Part shown: positions 11,592 to 22,978 of the stretch, piece after piece
Position numbering within the stretch: the first letter of the stretch is position 1
How the letters are laid out: every line of letters begins with the position of its first letter
Source: Chrysochromulina tobinii
Lineage: Eukaryota
Assembly (NCBI GenBank): GCA_001275005.1
Contig: JWZX01001982.1
Location: forward strand, 1 to 36,143
DNA: 36,143 nt
Reading direction: 5' to 3'
Notes under the pieces: generated by a model
The model's database searches: none
Told to the model about the DNA's origin: nothing
The model's input: only the letters and a program-made list of their open reading frames with translations
Translations under genes and position numbers: made by a program

Positions 11592-14500
11592 ATGCCGCCT
11601 GCTACTAGTCCGGCAGGCAAACGAGCTCAGCAGCCCGCCGCTCATCTACCTGGCGGAAAAACTCAACCGCGGCAAAAGAGCGTCCAGGGGAGCATTCCGG
11701 CCGCACGCCCAGAAGAGAATGTGAGCTTGCCGCCCATAAGAGAGTATGACACGGCCATCGAGTTCAATGATGCCGATTTTGGGTGGGAGCCTCGATGGGT
11801 TGCACCAGTGAATGGCTCGATCATTGATGGGGTGCCACGATCGTGGATGAAGCCATACACGCTGCCATACCAATTGCCGTGTTCCATTCCTCCGCTCGAC
11901 ATGGTTACCATCAGGAAAACATCTATGTTCGTGTTGAGTCCAGGAGCGCTTGCTTCGATGTTTCGACTTCCCGAGAGTGGGACTCCTGTCATCGGCCCAT
12001 CCTGGACGTTTGAGGTGTTCCCCGACCCCGACAATCCTGATCCCGTGAACAAGCCGGAGGACGGCGAAGAGAAAGAAGAAGAGAAAGTACATGAGAAAGC
12101 AGAGAACGGAGCGAAAGATAAGGGGGGTGAGAAGGGTGAGAAGGGCGAGAAGGGTGAGAAGGGACCCGCCGAGGCGCCGGCGGAGGCACTCACAGTCGCC
12201 AATGCATCGGCCGACGGCAGCGCCTCCGAGCCGGCCGACAAGGCAGCTGAGGCCACAACGACATCGCCCGAGCTGACGCAGGCCGATCTCAAGCTTCTGG
12301 ACGAGAAGGCAGAGAAGGCGAAGCACGCCACATCGGCAAAGCTCGCAAAGCAGGCCGCAATGAAGGGTGACCTGAGAGCGAAGAGGCAGTCAGCGCAGCT
12401 GGCCAAGGACGCCAAGGCCGCCGCCGTTGTTGCGCTCCGCGAGGAAAAACGGAAGATCCAGGCCGCCACCCGCATCCAAGCTGTCCAACGCCGACGTGTT
12501 GCAAAGCAGGAGGTGCGGAGCATTCGGAGGGAATTGTGGGCCCGCGGCGTCTTGAAGAAGGGCATCATCCTGTGGCGAGAACGAGGCAGGCGCAGGCTCG
12601 AGAAGCTAGCGAAAGAGCAAGAGTTGGAACGGCAACAACGTGAGCGACGGGCGCAGGAGGCGGAAGCGCGTCGTTTGGCAAAGGAGGAGGCCGCGAGGCA
12701 GAAGGAGGAGCGTGAGAAGGAGGAGGCGGCTGCGCCAGGTGGCGCACGGAGGAAAGCAAAGTTGAAGAACATGATCGACCGAACCCTCGAGGAGCAGAAG
12801 CGGCAGAAGCAGCGCGAAAAGACCGCTCTCGCTGCAAAGGATGCGGCCAGACGTGCGCAGGAGGAGGTGATCGAGGCAATGAAGCGCCAAGTAGAGCTGC
12901 GGGAGGCGGCGCTTCGCAAGCAGGAGGAAGATGCGAAGCGGCAACAGGATGAGAAGATAGCCAGGGAAGCGCAGGAAGCGCAGGACGAACTCGTGGCCTT
13001 TGAGGAGGCTACGGCCGCCATTCACGGCTTTGTAAAGGGCCTTCAGTCCATGGCCTTTATGGGCGATGAGCAGAGAGAACAAATACGCGTTGCCGGTGGC
13101 ATCCAGCCCCTCGTCTCGATGCTCAGCGATACCAATAACGACCAAGCCGCGGCCGTGGCCCTAAGCCACGTCTGCCAGGACAACCAACAAAATTGTGCCG
13201 TGGTCCTGGAGACCGGCGGCTTTGCACCGCTCTTCGCGCTCGCAGACGAGTCTCGAAAGACCCTAGCAGGGCACGGCGAGATGGGGGGCAAGGAAGGGCG
13301 CAAAACTGGTCGCAAGACGGGTCGCAAGACGGGCCGCACCACAAGCCGAAGTAGCGGGGGAGCAGGGGAGGTGAAAGTAGATCCTGAGCAGGAGCGCCGT
13401 GATCACAAGCGTATCATCATCGCGGCCACCAACATCGCGCGCTGGCCAAACCGGAAATGCCAGGACGCTGTTCGTGAGGGCGCCGGCATTTCGCTGCTCG
13501 TGAGTTTGCTGCCGGGTGGGCCGGACAATGATGTAACAGCCGCGGCCATCCAGGCTCTGCGGCAGGTGACCTTCGAAAATGTGGCCAACAGCGACGCGAT
13601 ACGAGAAGCTGGGGGCATCCGTTGGTTGATCTTGCTTCTGACCGCGAGGCATGCGCATCCTGTCGCGATCGATGCTGCAGCAACGCTTGCCCAAATCTGC
13701 GTCGGCAACCCTACCAACCAAGACGCAATTCACGAGGCCGGTGGCACTCGCTCACTGATCGGATTCCTCTCGGCAGACGTCAAGTCTCAGGGCCTCATTT
13801 GGGCTGCACGTGGCCTTGCAAACCTGTCGCGAGACAACAGCACCAACCGCACCTACATCTCGGAGCAGCAAGGCGTCATTGCGCGGCTTGTGGACTTGCT
13901 GAGCGTGGGCCCAACATCCGAGGGCGCGCATTGCGCGGCAGATGTTCTGCGCTGCCTCATGACTGGTCACGATGATCGTGTCGCCGTCGCAGTACTCGCA
14001 GCGCTTCGTCGACAGGGCGTGGGCCTGGGCCCTGATGCTACGTTCGCCTTGTCCGAAGCGTTTCCCGAGCTGCTTCAAGGCCTGGCACATGCTGTAGAGA
14101 TGAGGCTTGCGGCGTCCATGAAGAGAGGCACCGATCGAGCTCTTGTTCAAATGGCCTTGAACGACGCATTCTCTCTGGGAATGCCAGAGGAGATGTTATC
14201 CCAGGCACAGCAATGGCTGGACTCAATGGAGGCCGCGCGCGCTGAGGCCATCGCGGCACGAAAGCTGCTGGCTCGAGTCAAGAAGGATGCGAATAAAAAG
14301 GGTGGAAAGAAAGCGGGTGACAAGGACAGGGCGGCAGGGCCGGAATCGCCTTCCAAAGCCGAGATGGACGGATCTCATGGATCTCGGGGTGACGAGCAGA
14401 GTACGCGCCAACCACCACACGATGAGCAGCAGGGCGCGCCAGGAGAGAACCCCAAGGATAGCGACGCAATGGAGGGCGGCGCAGGAGAGGATGCAGGAGA

Positions 14501-14978
14501 GGATGCAGGAGAGGAGTCGGTGCAGGAGAGGAATAAGGGCCGAGACAAAGAAGGCAGGACGAAAGACGGCGGCTCGAAAGACGGCGGCTCGAAAGACGGC
14601 GGCTCTGGCACTGGCCTCCAGCAGACCCAACCAAACGTTGCGTCGTCCGCCGCGCTGACAGCACTTCTGGAGTCACAACAGCGCCTCGCCGCCGAGTTGG
14701 CTTCCCTGCAGCTCGCGGCGGCCGCGGCGCAGCGTGCCGCGCGCGTGGCGGCGAAGGAGCGCAAGGAGCGCTCACGCAGTGGTCACGCCATTACGCCGAG
14801 TCAGCGGCGGGAGCGTTTGGCGACAACGGTTGCCGCCAGAAGCACCCGCCGAGGCAGTGTCGAGTCAGCTAATACGGGCGACGATCTCCATTCTCAGGTG
14901 GGCGACGAGTCTTTTACGTTGCCGTCGTCCCCCGAGAAGATCTCTCCAGGTGCTCAGACCTTTCTGTCTGGTATCTAA
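11592..14978 (+). CDS. IQ-motif, coiled-coil and armadillo-repeat protein (about 1128 aa)
   Basis: Uninterrupted ORF with IQ-like AATRIQAVQRRRVAK, an E/K/R-rich coiled coil, and ARM repeats (IRVAGGIQPLVSML, VREGAGISLLVSLL, IREAGGIRWLILLL, IHEAGGTRSLIGFL). Confidence 0.85.
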   Translation: MPPATSPAGKRAQQPAAHLPGGKTQPRQKSVQGSIPAARPEENVSLPPIREYDTAIEFNDADFGWEPRWVAPVNGSIIDGVPRSWMKPYTLPYQLPCSIPPLDMVTIRKTSMFVLSPGALASMFRLPESGTPVIGPSWTFEVFPDPDNPDPVNKPEDGEEKEEEKVHEKAENGAKDKGGEKGEKGEKGEKGPAEAPAEALTVANASADGSASEPADKAAEATTTSPELTQADLKLLDEKAEKAKHATSAKLAKQAAMKGDLRAKRQSAQLAKDAKAAAVVALREEKRKIQAATRIQAVQRRRVAKQEVRSIRRELWARGVLKKGIILWRERGRRRLEKLAKEQELERQQRERRAQEAEARRLAKEEAARQKEEREKEEAAAPGGARRKAKLKNMIDRTLEEQKRQKQREKTALAAKDAARRAQEEVIEAMKRQVELREAALRKQEEDAKRQQDEKIAREAQEAQDELVAFEEATAAIHGFVKGLQSMAFMGDEQREQIRVAGGIQPLVSMLSDTNNDQAAAVALSHVCQDNQQNCAVVLETGGFAPLFALADESRKTLAGHGEMGGKEGRKTGRKTGRKTGRTTSRSSGGAGEVKVDPEQERRDHKRIIIAATNIARWPNRKCQDAVREGAGISLLVSLLPGGPDNDVTAAAIQALRQVTFENVANSDAIREAGGIRWLILLLTARHAHPVAIDAAATLAQICVGNPTNQDAIHEAGGTRSLIGFLSADVKSQGLIWAARGLANLSRDNSTNRTYISEQQGVIARLVDLLSVGPTSEGAHCAADVLRCLMTGHDDRVAVAVLAALRRQGVGLGPDATFALSEAFPELLQGLAHAVEMRLAASMKRGTDRALVQMALNDAFSLGMPEEMLSQAQQWLDSMEAARAEAIAARKLLARVKKDANKKGGKKAGDKDRAAGPESPSKAEMDGSHGSRGDEQSTRQPPHDEQQGAPGENPKDSDAMEGGAGEDAGEDAGEESVQERNKGRDKEGRTKDGGSKDGGSKDGGSGTGLQQTQPNVASSAALTALLESQQRLAAELASLQLAAAAAQRAARVAAKERKERSRSGHAITPSQRRERLATTVAARSTRRGSVESANTGDDLHSQVGDESFTLPSSPEKISPGAQTFLSGI

Positions 14979-15108
14979 ATCGTGGTGTTATAATCACCCA
15001 TTCTACGAAATAGGATCTCCATGACTCAAACAAAGAAGTACTGAGAGAAGAGATACAATCATTGCTGTGAATGTGAAGCCATCGCGTCGCCCTGGGCAAC
15101 ATCCTTGG

Positions 15109-15885
15109 ATGGCCGACAATGAGGACAAGCTGGGCGAGCTGAAGAGCCTCCTTGCTTGCACGAAACCTGCCGGCCTTCCGTGCCTTATTCGTGCCTTTGG
15201 ATCGGTGGATCGCTGCCTCCGCTGCTTCCTGCGCGCCATTGACGGTAACGCTGCCAAAGCAGCTGCGCGCATTGAGAGCACGCTGGCCTTTCGGAGGGAG
15301 CAGCGCCTCGATGAGTATGCGTGCAGGGCCGACTTGGAGAAGGCCTTTGAGTCGCACCCGCTGCGTGGACACCTGCCAGTGGCCTTTGCCGGCACGGCTC
15401 CCGATGGCACCATCATTCAGTATGCGCGGATGCGAAGTATGAACATGCGCGAGCTCGTTGCTGCGTCGAATGAGGGCGAGCTGCGCCGATTGGTGGCCCT
15501 CTGGCTCGAGTGTGCGCTGCAGCTGCAGGGCGAGAGCACCCGAGAGCGTGGCGAGCCTTGCAAGGGAACGTACGACGTCTACGACATGAAGGGCACGAAT
15601 ATGTGGAGCCTCCTGTGGGATGCGAAGGAGACGAGGCATGTCATCGGGCCCGTGCTTACGATGGGCGAGGCGCACTTTCCTGAGAACCTGTGCAAGTGCT
15701 TCGTCATCAACGCCTCCTCCCTCTTTGGCGCGATCTGGAAGATTGCGACGCCCTTCTTGTCACAGCGCACAGTGGACAAGGTGTCGATTTCGTCCAGCGT
15801 GCCCACGGAGCTGGTGAACGTTCTCGGCGGGCCTACCAAGGTGCACGAGATGATGGCGAGCGTGCCCGAGAGCAGCGGCGCCTGA
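15109..15885 (+). CDS. CRAL-TRIO (Sec14-like) lipid-binding protein
   Basis: LRCFLRAIDGNAAKAAARIESTLAFR (CRAL-TRIO N-terminal domain), then VYDMKG...HFPENLCKCFVINASSLFGAIWKIATPFLSQRTVDKV. Confidence 0.9.
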   Translation: MADNEDKLGELKSLLACTKPAGLPCLIRAFGSVDRCLRCFLRAIDGNAAKAAARIESTLAFRREQRLDEYACRADLEKAFESHPLRGHLPVAFAGTAPDGTIIQYARMRSMNMRELVAASNEGELRRLVALWLECALQLQGESTRERGEPCKGTYDVYDMKGTNMWSLLWDAKETRHVIGPVLTMGEAHFPENLCKCFVINASSLFGAIWKIATPFLSQRTVDKVSISSSVPTELVNVLGGPTKVHEMMASVPESSGA

Positions 15886-16537
15886 CGAATTCGTCCTTCG
15901 CTGCGCCGTTAAACTCTCCGCGTTCCCTAAATATAATCGGTCGTCGCGTTCCACGTTGACGTTAGGCGTACTGTTCGCTTTACCTGACGCTTTACCATTA
16001 CCGGGTACGCGTATTAATACGCGCGCCCACGGACATTTCTTCACCACACGACGGACGACGCGCCGCCCCGGCCGATTTTCCGAAACGATAGACGAAGCGA
16101 ATACGCCACAAGCGACAAGGCCATCCTCGACGCTCGCATCAAGTGCATCATGCCCACAGCACATTCAATCAACCCCTCCCGCTCATGGTCTGCATTCCGC
16201 CTGACCGTTCCCCGCTCGTCGCTGCCATCGCCGCCTGCATCCGTCGCGGCTCGAGATCGCCCCTCGCGGTCATTCTCATCCGCGTCGACGCTCACCACGG
16301 CGCACTCGCTCACCACGGCGTTCGAGACCCAGCTGCTCCTGATTCGAGCGACGCCCTGTCTCCTCACAGGCACCCTGGTGCTTCCTGATGGCTCTTCCGC
16401 CCCCTCGCCTGCCGTCTCCCCACCACCAAATAGCAAAGTTTCGTCATTAGTACCGGTAGGCGCCGTCTCGGTGTAAGATAAAAGGTAAAAGGGGTGTGAC
16501 CCCTGCGCCCTCATCAAGGGGCGCCTCCCAAGCCGCC

Positions 16538-18824
16538 TCACTCGATGGGTCTCACCTTGTCGCCGCTGGCTGCGCTGGCAAGTAGCACCTCTGCGTCGGC
16601 CGCACGCCGGTCACGAAAGATGTCCTCATCGATCGAATTGGCGACGAGGAAGCGGTAGAGCTGCACCGTGCGGCTCTGGCCGTATCGGCGAACGCGCCCG
16701 ACTGCCTGCGTGTCGCAGGACGTGTACTCTTGCTGCGAGCCCACGAGCAACGGATGAACGAAGATGGCGTGCGAGGCGGCCGTCAAGTTGGCACCCGCTG
16801 CCGACTCGTCGCGCAGGTTGAGCAGCAGCACGCGCGGCTCTCCCGCCTTGAGCTCCAGCTGCTGGAAGTTGTCAATGATGCTCGAGCGCTGTAGCGGCGT
16901 ACCCACAAGCATCACGGCGGCCACCTTTTGCTCCTTGAGTGCGTCGGCCACCTGATGAGGGGGAGCGCAATCAGAGGCACTCAGAGGCACTCAGATGCAC
17001 TCAGATGCAATCAGATGCAGTCAGAGGCAGTCAGAGGCACACTCAGAGGCGCTCAGAAGCACTTGGAGGTACTCAAGGGCACTCGAGAGCACTCGTGAGC
17101 ACTCAAGGGCGAGTCGGCCACCTTGAGGAGAAGGTCTGGGAATTGAACGAAGATGAGCACTCGTTCCTCGGACGGCAGGCTCTTGACCAGCCGGACGATA
17201 GACGCAAGCTTCACTCCATACGAGGTCGAGCCTGCCTGCGCCGAGGCACCCTTTGCAGAGCTCACCTCGTTGCCGAGCTCCGCGACGGAGATGACACACG
17301 AGGGATGCGCGGGCGCCTTGCACCCGGGCTTGATGCACATCTGCTCGGCCGCCGCACGGAACATGGCGTCATACTCGCCCACGTGGCCGCAGCACGAGAG
17401 CACGCCCGTGCGCCTTGCCCTTGCCCCCAAACTTGGCCACGGCGTCGGTGGGATCCATCTGGAGCTTGCGCACATTCTCAAAGAAGCGGAGAGAGCGCAC
17501 TCGTCCGGTGACCTCTTTGGTGAGTCGTCGGAGCAGGTGCACCTGGTCGCGCGTCCACGCCATCTTGTCCTTGAGATTCTTCTCCTTCTCGGAGATCTTC
17601 ACCTGGGGAGAGGAAGGGGGGGGAAGCAATCAGATGCCATCCGAAGCCATCTTAGGCGCACACTCGGAGGCCATCCGAGACCATCAGCCACTCCAGATCG
17701 AGTCTTCGTCTTCATCGCACCTTCTTGTCGACCGCGGGTGCGAGGCCCTGCTTGACGAGAGGCCCGAGGAGCTCATTCGCCTCCTCGTCACCGCAGTCGA
17801 GGATCTCGGTGCTCTGCCAGAGCTTGAACGAGAGACCGGGCGAGCACCGAAGAGCGTATTCCTTGTGCTTGTCGCTCATGCCCTTGGTCGGGAACTCGCT
17901 CTCGAATTTCGCGATGCAATTGCGCGCGAAGGTCACCTGCTTGACGAGCTCGGCGGTGCATGCATCGAGCTGGTCCTTGCGCATCGCGATGATCGCGTCG
18001 CACGCGGCGGTGGCCGTCTTGGCCTTGCCCTCCATGTCGAAGTGCGCGCACCGCTTGAGCAGAGCCTCCTCGGGGCACGACGAGCCCGAGAGCACCTGCG
18101 CGAGGCGCGACTCGCGGTCATTCTCGGACTTGCACTTGGCCTTGATCGTCTTGTGGTTGTTCTTCATGTCGAGCGCCTCGAGGTGGTTCTGGAGCTCGAC
18201 GTAGAGCGCGCGCTCCGCCGCAGGCAGCGCGATGCGCACCGCCTGCTCGCGCCATGGGATCTCGTCAATCTCGGCGATATTCTGGCGCACGAAGAGGTCG
18301 AGGAACTGTTGGGCGGTCGCATGCCGCTCCGCGTACCACGCGGGCGTGTGCACGTCGCGAAAGTATTGGAAGCGCTCGACGGATGTGAGCGATTTGTTTT
18401 CAGACTTGGTCAGGTCGGTCGCGTCCGCCGATCCGAGGCGAAGCCCGAGCCACTGCGCCGTCTCATTGACCGCCGCGAAGCCCGAGATGTCAGGCGTGCC
18501 CGAGAGGACCCAGCGTGCACTCGCCTGGAGCCCGTTCACGATGGCGATCACATCGCGCTCCTTGTTGTACGTGTACTCATCCACCACGAGCCGATTCCAA
18601 TAGAAGAGCTCGAGGGGCGCCGCCTTGAGCGACGTGTAGTCCTTGTCAGCTTTGCCTTGGAAGAGGCCCCAGGGATCGGCCTCCTCTGCCTCCTCGATAG
18701 TCTTGGTGAGCTTGGGGGCAGCTGCCTTCTTCTTGGGCGGCGCCTTCTTGCGCTTCTTGCCGGCGCCGCCGTCCTCGTCCTCCTCGTCCTCGTCGTCCTC
18801 GTTGTCCTCGTCGTCCTCGTCTTC

Positions 18825-18872
<48 letters not shown>

Positions 18873-21800
18873 CTCCTCCTCCTCCTCCTCCTCCTCCTCG
18901 TCTTCCTCCTCAACCTCGAGCTCCTCGTCCTCCTCAACCTTGGCCTTCTTGGCGCCCGCACCGCCCGCCTTGGCCGCCTTCTTCTCGGCTGCATACGTGG
19001 CCTTCTTGCCCTTGAGCCCGACCGCCAGCCCGACGCCCTCGAGCTGCAAGCCCGAGGCCAGCCGCTTCTGCATGTTGCCGAGCTTCGCGGCGCCCCCCCC
19101 GCGCCCGCACTCGCGTGCCGCCTTGCGCCGCGCCTGCCCGCCTTTGACGGCCTGGCGTGCCTCAGCGACCCCCTGTGCGCCGGCCGCCAGACGCGCGGCC
19201 TGCTCCTGCAGCCGCTCAGTCGCGCTGGCGTACGCGGCTCCAAAGTGGCGCATGTTGGTCTTCGAATGTGGCAGCGCATCGGCCCCGGCGAGGTTGGCGA
19301 GGCGCGCAAAGTACAGGTCGTTCCGCAGGAGCGTGATCGAAGCCACGACCACGTCGACCGCCTGAAGGTCGCGGATGGACAGCTTGTTGATGTCCGCCAT
19401 CGTGGCGATCGTGACGCACTTGAGCGCGCCGCCCGAGAACTTATGCACCTCCTTAGGCCACTGCTTGAGCAGGTGGGACGGCGCGAGCACAAGCGTCGCC
19501 TTGAGCGGAATGAAACCGTCTGCGCGCAGCGGTGGCGGCGGCGTGCGCGGCACTCGCGGCGTGGCGTCGATGAGCGCGATGGTGATCACCGTCTTGCCGT
19601 AGCCGACCTCATCGGCCAGCACGCCGCCACGCACGACGCGCGGCATGCTCGCACGGGCCTCGAGGCGCCAGCGCAGCGCGGGAAGCGTCGACTCGGCCAC
19701 CTCCGTCTCCATGAAGGGCGGCACGTCCTCGGCCTCGCGCGCGAGCATCCAGGAAAGCGAGCGCTGCTGCTCGATCCGGAGCTGCAGCACGGGCAGACTC
19801 TTCGGGCGCCCCGCAAAGGGCCCAAAGTGCTCCGGCTGCGCGGCGGGCGGGTCGCGCTTGTTGGACGAGAGCCGAAGCAGCGGTAGGGCGATTGGCTGGT
19901 CCGAGTGCTCCACCAGACGCCACTCAAGCGTTGTGCGCGTGGCGAGGCGCGAGGGGGGAATGAGCGCCAGCGCGCGCAGCGCGAGCGCCATTGGGTTGGC
20001 GCTGATCCGGATCGAGCCGATGGCCTTGTCGTGGGCGTCCGCCACGTCGAGCATCGCGCTCTCGCCGCCCGCGACGGCGCCAATCGAGTCGGCACGCCGC
20101 TCGACGACGAACGCGGGCGGACGCCTCTTGAGCCGCTGCTCGTACGCCCCAGCTTGCACCGGATCCTCGACGGCGACGATCTTGGAGCGCGACATGGGGA
20201 CCCACTGAAGCTGCGGCATCATGGGCGCGCAGGCCTCGCATGGCGAGCGGCCGTTGGCCCACGCCGACAGCGCCGACGGGTGCGAGAGCTTCGCCCATTC
20301 ACGGCACGCGGGCGGGAGTGTGAGGCGCTCCGTGATCCACGCAATCGAGCCAAAGGTCATCTTGGATTTCGTCAGCGGGATCAGGCCCCACTGGCCGAAG
20401 GTCCATTCGGAAACCTCGGCGCGGAGCAGCGGCACAGAGCAGCGCAGGAGCGGCACCGCCGCCGGCCCCTCCGCCGGCCCCTCCGCCGCTGGCCCCTCCG
20501 CTGGCGCCGTGTTGGGCACATCGAGCACGAGCGGCTGGGTGGGCGCGGCGATCGTCGCGTCCGCAAAGCGGATGGGCGTGAGCGTGAGGGCGGGCGCTGC
20601 CTTCCACAGCCCGCGCACCTGATGAGGGAGGCCATCAAGCTGATGAGGGAGGCAATCAAGCTGATGAGGGAGGCACTCACGCGCACCGTGGTGGGCTGAT
20701 GAGGGAGGCAATCAGCAATCAAGCGCGCACCGTGGTGTCCACCGCCTCCTCGGAGGGTCGGGGCTTCCCATGCTGGCGATCCAGCACGACCACATTCTTC
20801 TTGGACGAGCCGAGAGTCTTGCCGCCAGTGGCCGAATTCGCATCGCGGAGCTGGTCCTGTGGACCGGGCGTCGGTGTGGCCCACGGACGCCAATCCGAGG
20901 GTAGCTCGGCGTACACCTCGCGCGTCTCGCGATAGGGCAGCCGTTCAAACGAGGGCGCGAAGACGAAGTGGTCCTCATCCTCCTTGCCCGTGCGCGACGG
21001 GTCGAGGAAGAAGTAGCACTCCTTACCGTCTCCGCCCTTGACGCGCTTATGCAGAGAGCCCATCGCTCCTCCACACTGCTCGAGGAGCTCATACTCGCCC
21101 GACACGTCACCGTCGAGGGCCGCCCGTGCGCCCGCGCCGAGCGAGAAGGACCACGTGCGATAGCGTGAGTGGCCGTCCCAGGGACCGGTCAGACCGATCG
21201 TCGCCTGGTACGAGTCAATCGGAGTGCCGAGGGCGCCGACGACGATGGGCACAGTACGGATCGTAGGCAAACATAGTTCCCACTGACCCGCGAGCAGTTG
21301 CGCCGCGACGCCGCCGGTGCGCGCCGCGCGGCGGATGGCCGCGTCCGTCGGGTTGATGCTCATCCGTGCGACGGGCAGGCCGAGTAAGGTGCGAAGGTGG
21401 CCGCGCTGCGCGGGTTGGGTCGCGTAGAGCTTCCACTCAGCCTCCGTCGGTGTGAGCACCAGCTGCAGGGTGCCGTGCGCGCTCTTGTACCTGAGCAGGT
21501 GAGCCCTCGGCGGTCATCAGAGGCAAGCAGAGGCCATCAACGCCCATCAGCGGCCATCAGCGGCCATCAGCGGCCACCAGAGGCCATCAGCGGTCATCAG
21601 AGGTTATCAGAGGTCATCAGAGGTCATCAGAGGCCATTAGCGTACGTGGCCGTCCAGCGCTCGGCGCGCGTGACGCTCTCAAAGTAGAAGCGCGTGCTAC
21701 CAAGCTTGCGCAGGCTCTCTGCCCACGCGTTCCACAGCTGCTCCTCCTCGCTCAGGGGCGTGGCTGGCTTGCCGCCGCTCGCTTTGGAACGCTTCGAAGC

Positions 21801-22947
21801 GGCGAGTACGTTGCTCTCGTCGGCCGCCCCCTCGTCGCGCGTCGCTTTCTTGGAAGCGGGCGCTGCCATGGCCTCGTCCTCGTCCTTCTGAGCCATGGAT
21901 TCGTCGGCCTTGGGGAGCTCGAGGGGAGTCTCTACGGCAGCTGCAGCGGCTTTCGGCTTGAAGAAGGCCATCATGCCTACCTGCTTCATGGCGGGCTTGG
22001 CGGGCGCGATGGGAGATGGGGTCGCGTTCGCAGCCGAGGCCGCACCCTTGCCCTTTGACGAAACCTCGAGCGAGGCGCCCGAGGCCTCCGCCGCCGCGAG
22101 CGCCGTCTTGAGCGCCGCCGCCTCCTCCGCGTCCTTGTCGACGCGCGCCGCCGCGGGCGCGCTCGAGGTCGTCGGCGCGTCGGCATTCGGGGCCGGCCCG
22201 ATGAGCGCCGTGTCGGGCTTGAGCGCCTCGAGCGCCGCCACGTCCGCCAGCCCGCTCAGCTCGACGCACATTGGGAGCACTCTCTTGAGCGTCATCTCGA
22301 AGGTCGTCGGTGCGAGACGCGCCGTCCTGAGCGGCTCGAGGCACTTGTGTTCGGGCCAGCCGGTGCACTTTCGGGAGACGGTGCCGCCGCACGCGACGCA
22401 CTGCAGGATGTCGCTCGCCAACCCATCGCGCCCCTCACTCACGCACATGCGTCGAGACGCTCCCGCCTGCGCCAGCAGCGCGTCGAGATCGAGCGAGATC
22501 GCTGAGATCGCTGCGAGCTCGAGAGGCTCCGAGCGCAGCGCGTGCGCTCCCGTGGCCTCGCTCACCCTCGGCGCCGTACCGCTCACCCCATTGGACGTGA
22601 TCAACCCGCCCGCGGGCGAGCGCGGCAGCGCGGGCGACGAGAGGGTTTCGTCAGAGGGGCCTGCCTCCGTGCTCTTCCTCTGCTGACGCACGGGCGAGGC
22701 CCCACGGGCGCCGTCGCGGGCGCTGCTGCCGCCGCCGCTCTTCTTCATCGACGCGACGCCGCTCGTGCCCGCGACGGCGCCCGGCTCAGGCACGGCAAGG
22801 TCGAAGGCGTAGAGGTACTCCTTGCCAAGGAGCAGCGCGGTTAGGATGCACGTGCCCACGATGGTCGAGGTCATCGCATTGCCCGCGAGGTCAGCCATCT
22901 GGTCGGTCGACTCGCGAGTGAGCAGCAAATCGTCCACCGGGATCCCC

Positions 22948-22978
<31 letters not shown>

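Noticed and set aside
16041..16541. Overlapping 80-166 aa ORFs between CRAL-TRIO and DNMT5
   Set aside because: No motifs; more likely UTR or intergenic sequence.
17415..19886. 823-aa + strand ORF
   Set aside because: Antisense shadow of DNMT5 exon 6. The LVLVLV tract is the reverse complement of the acidic repeat.
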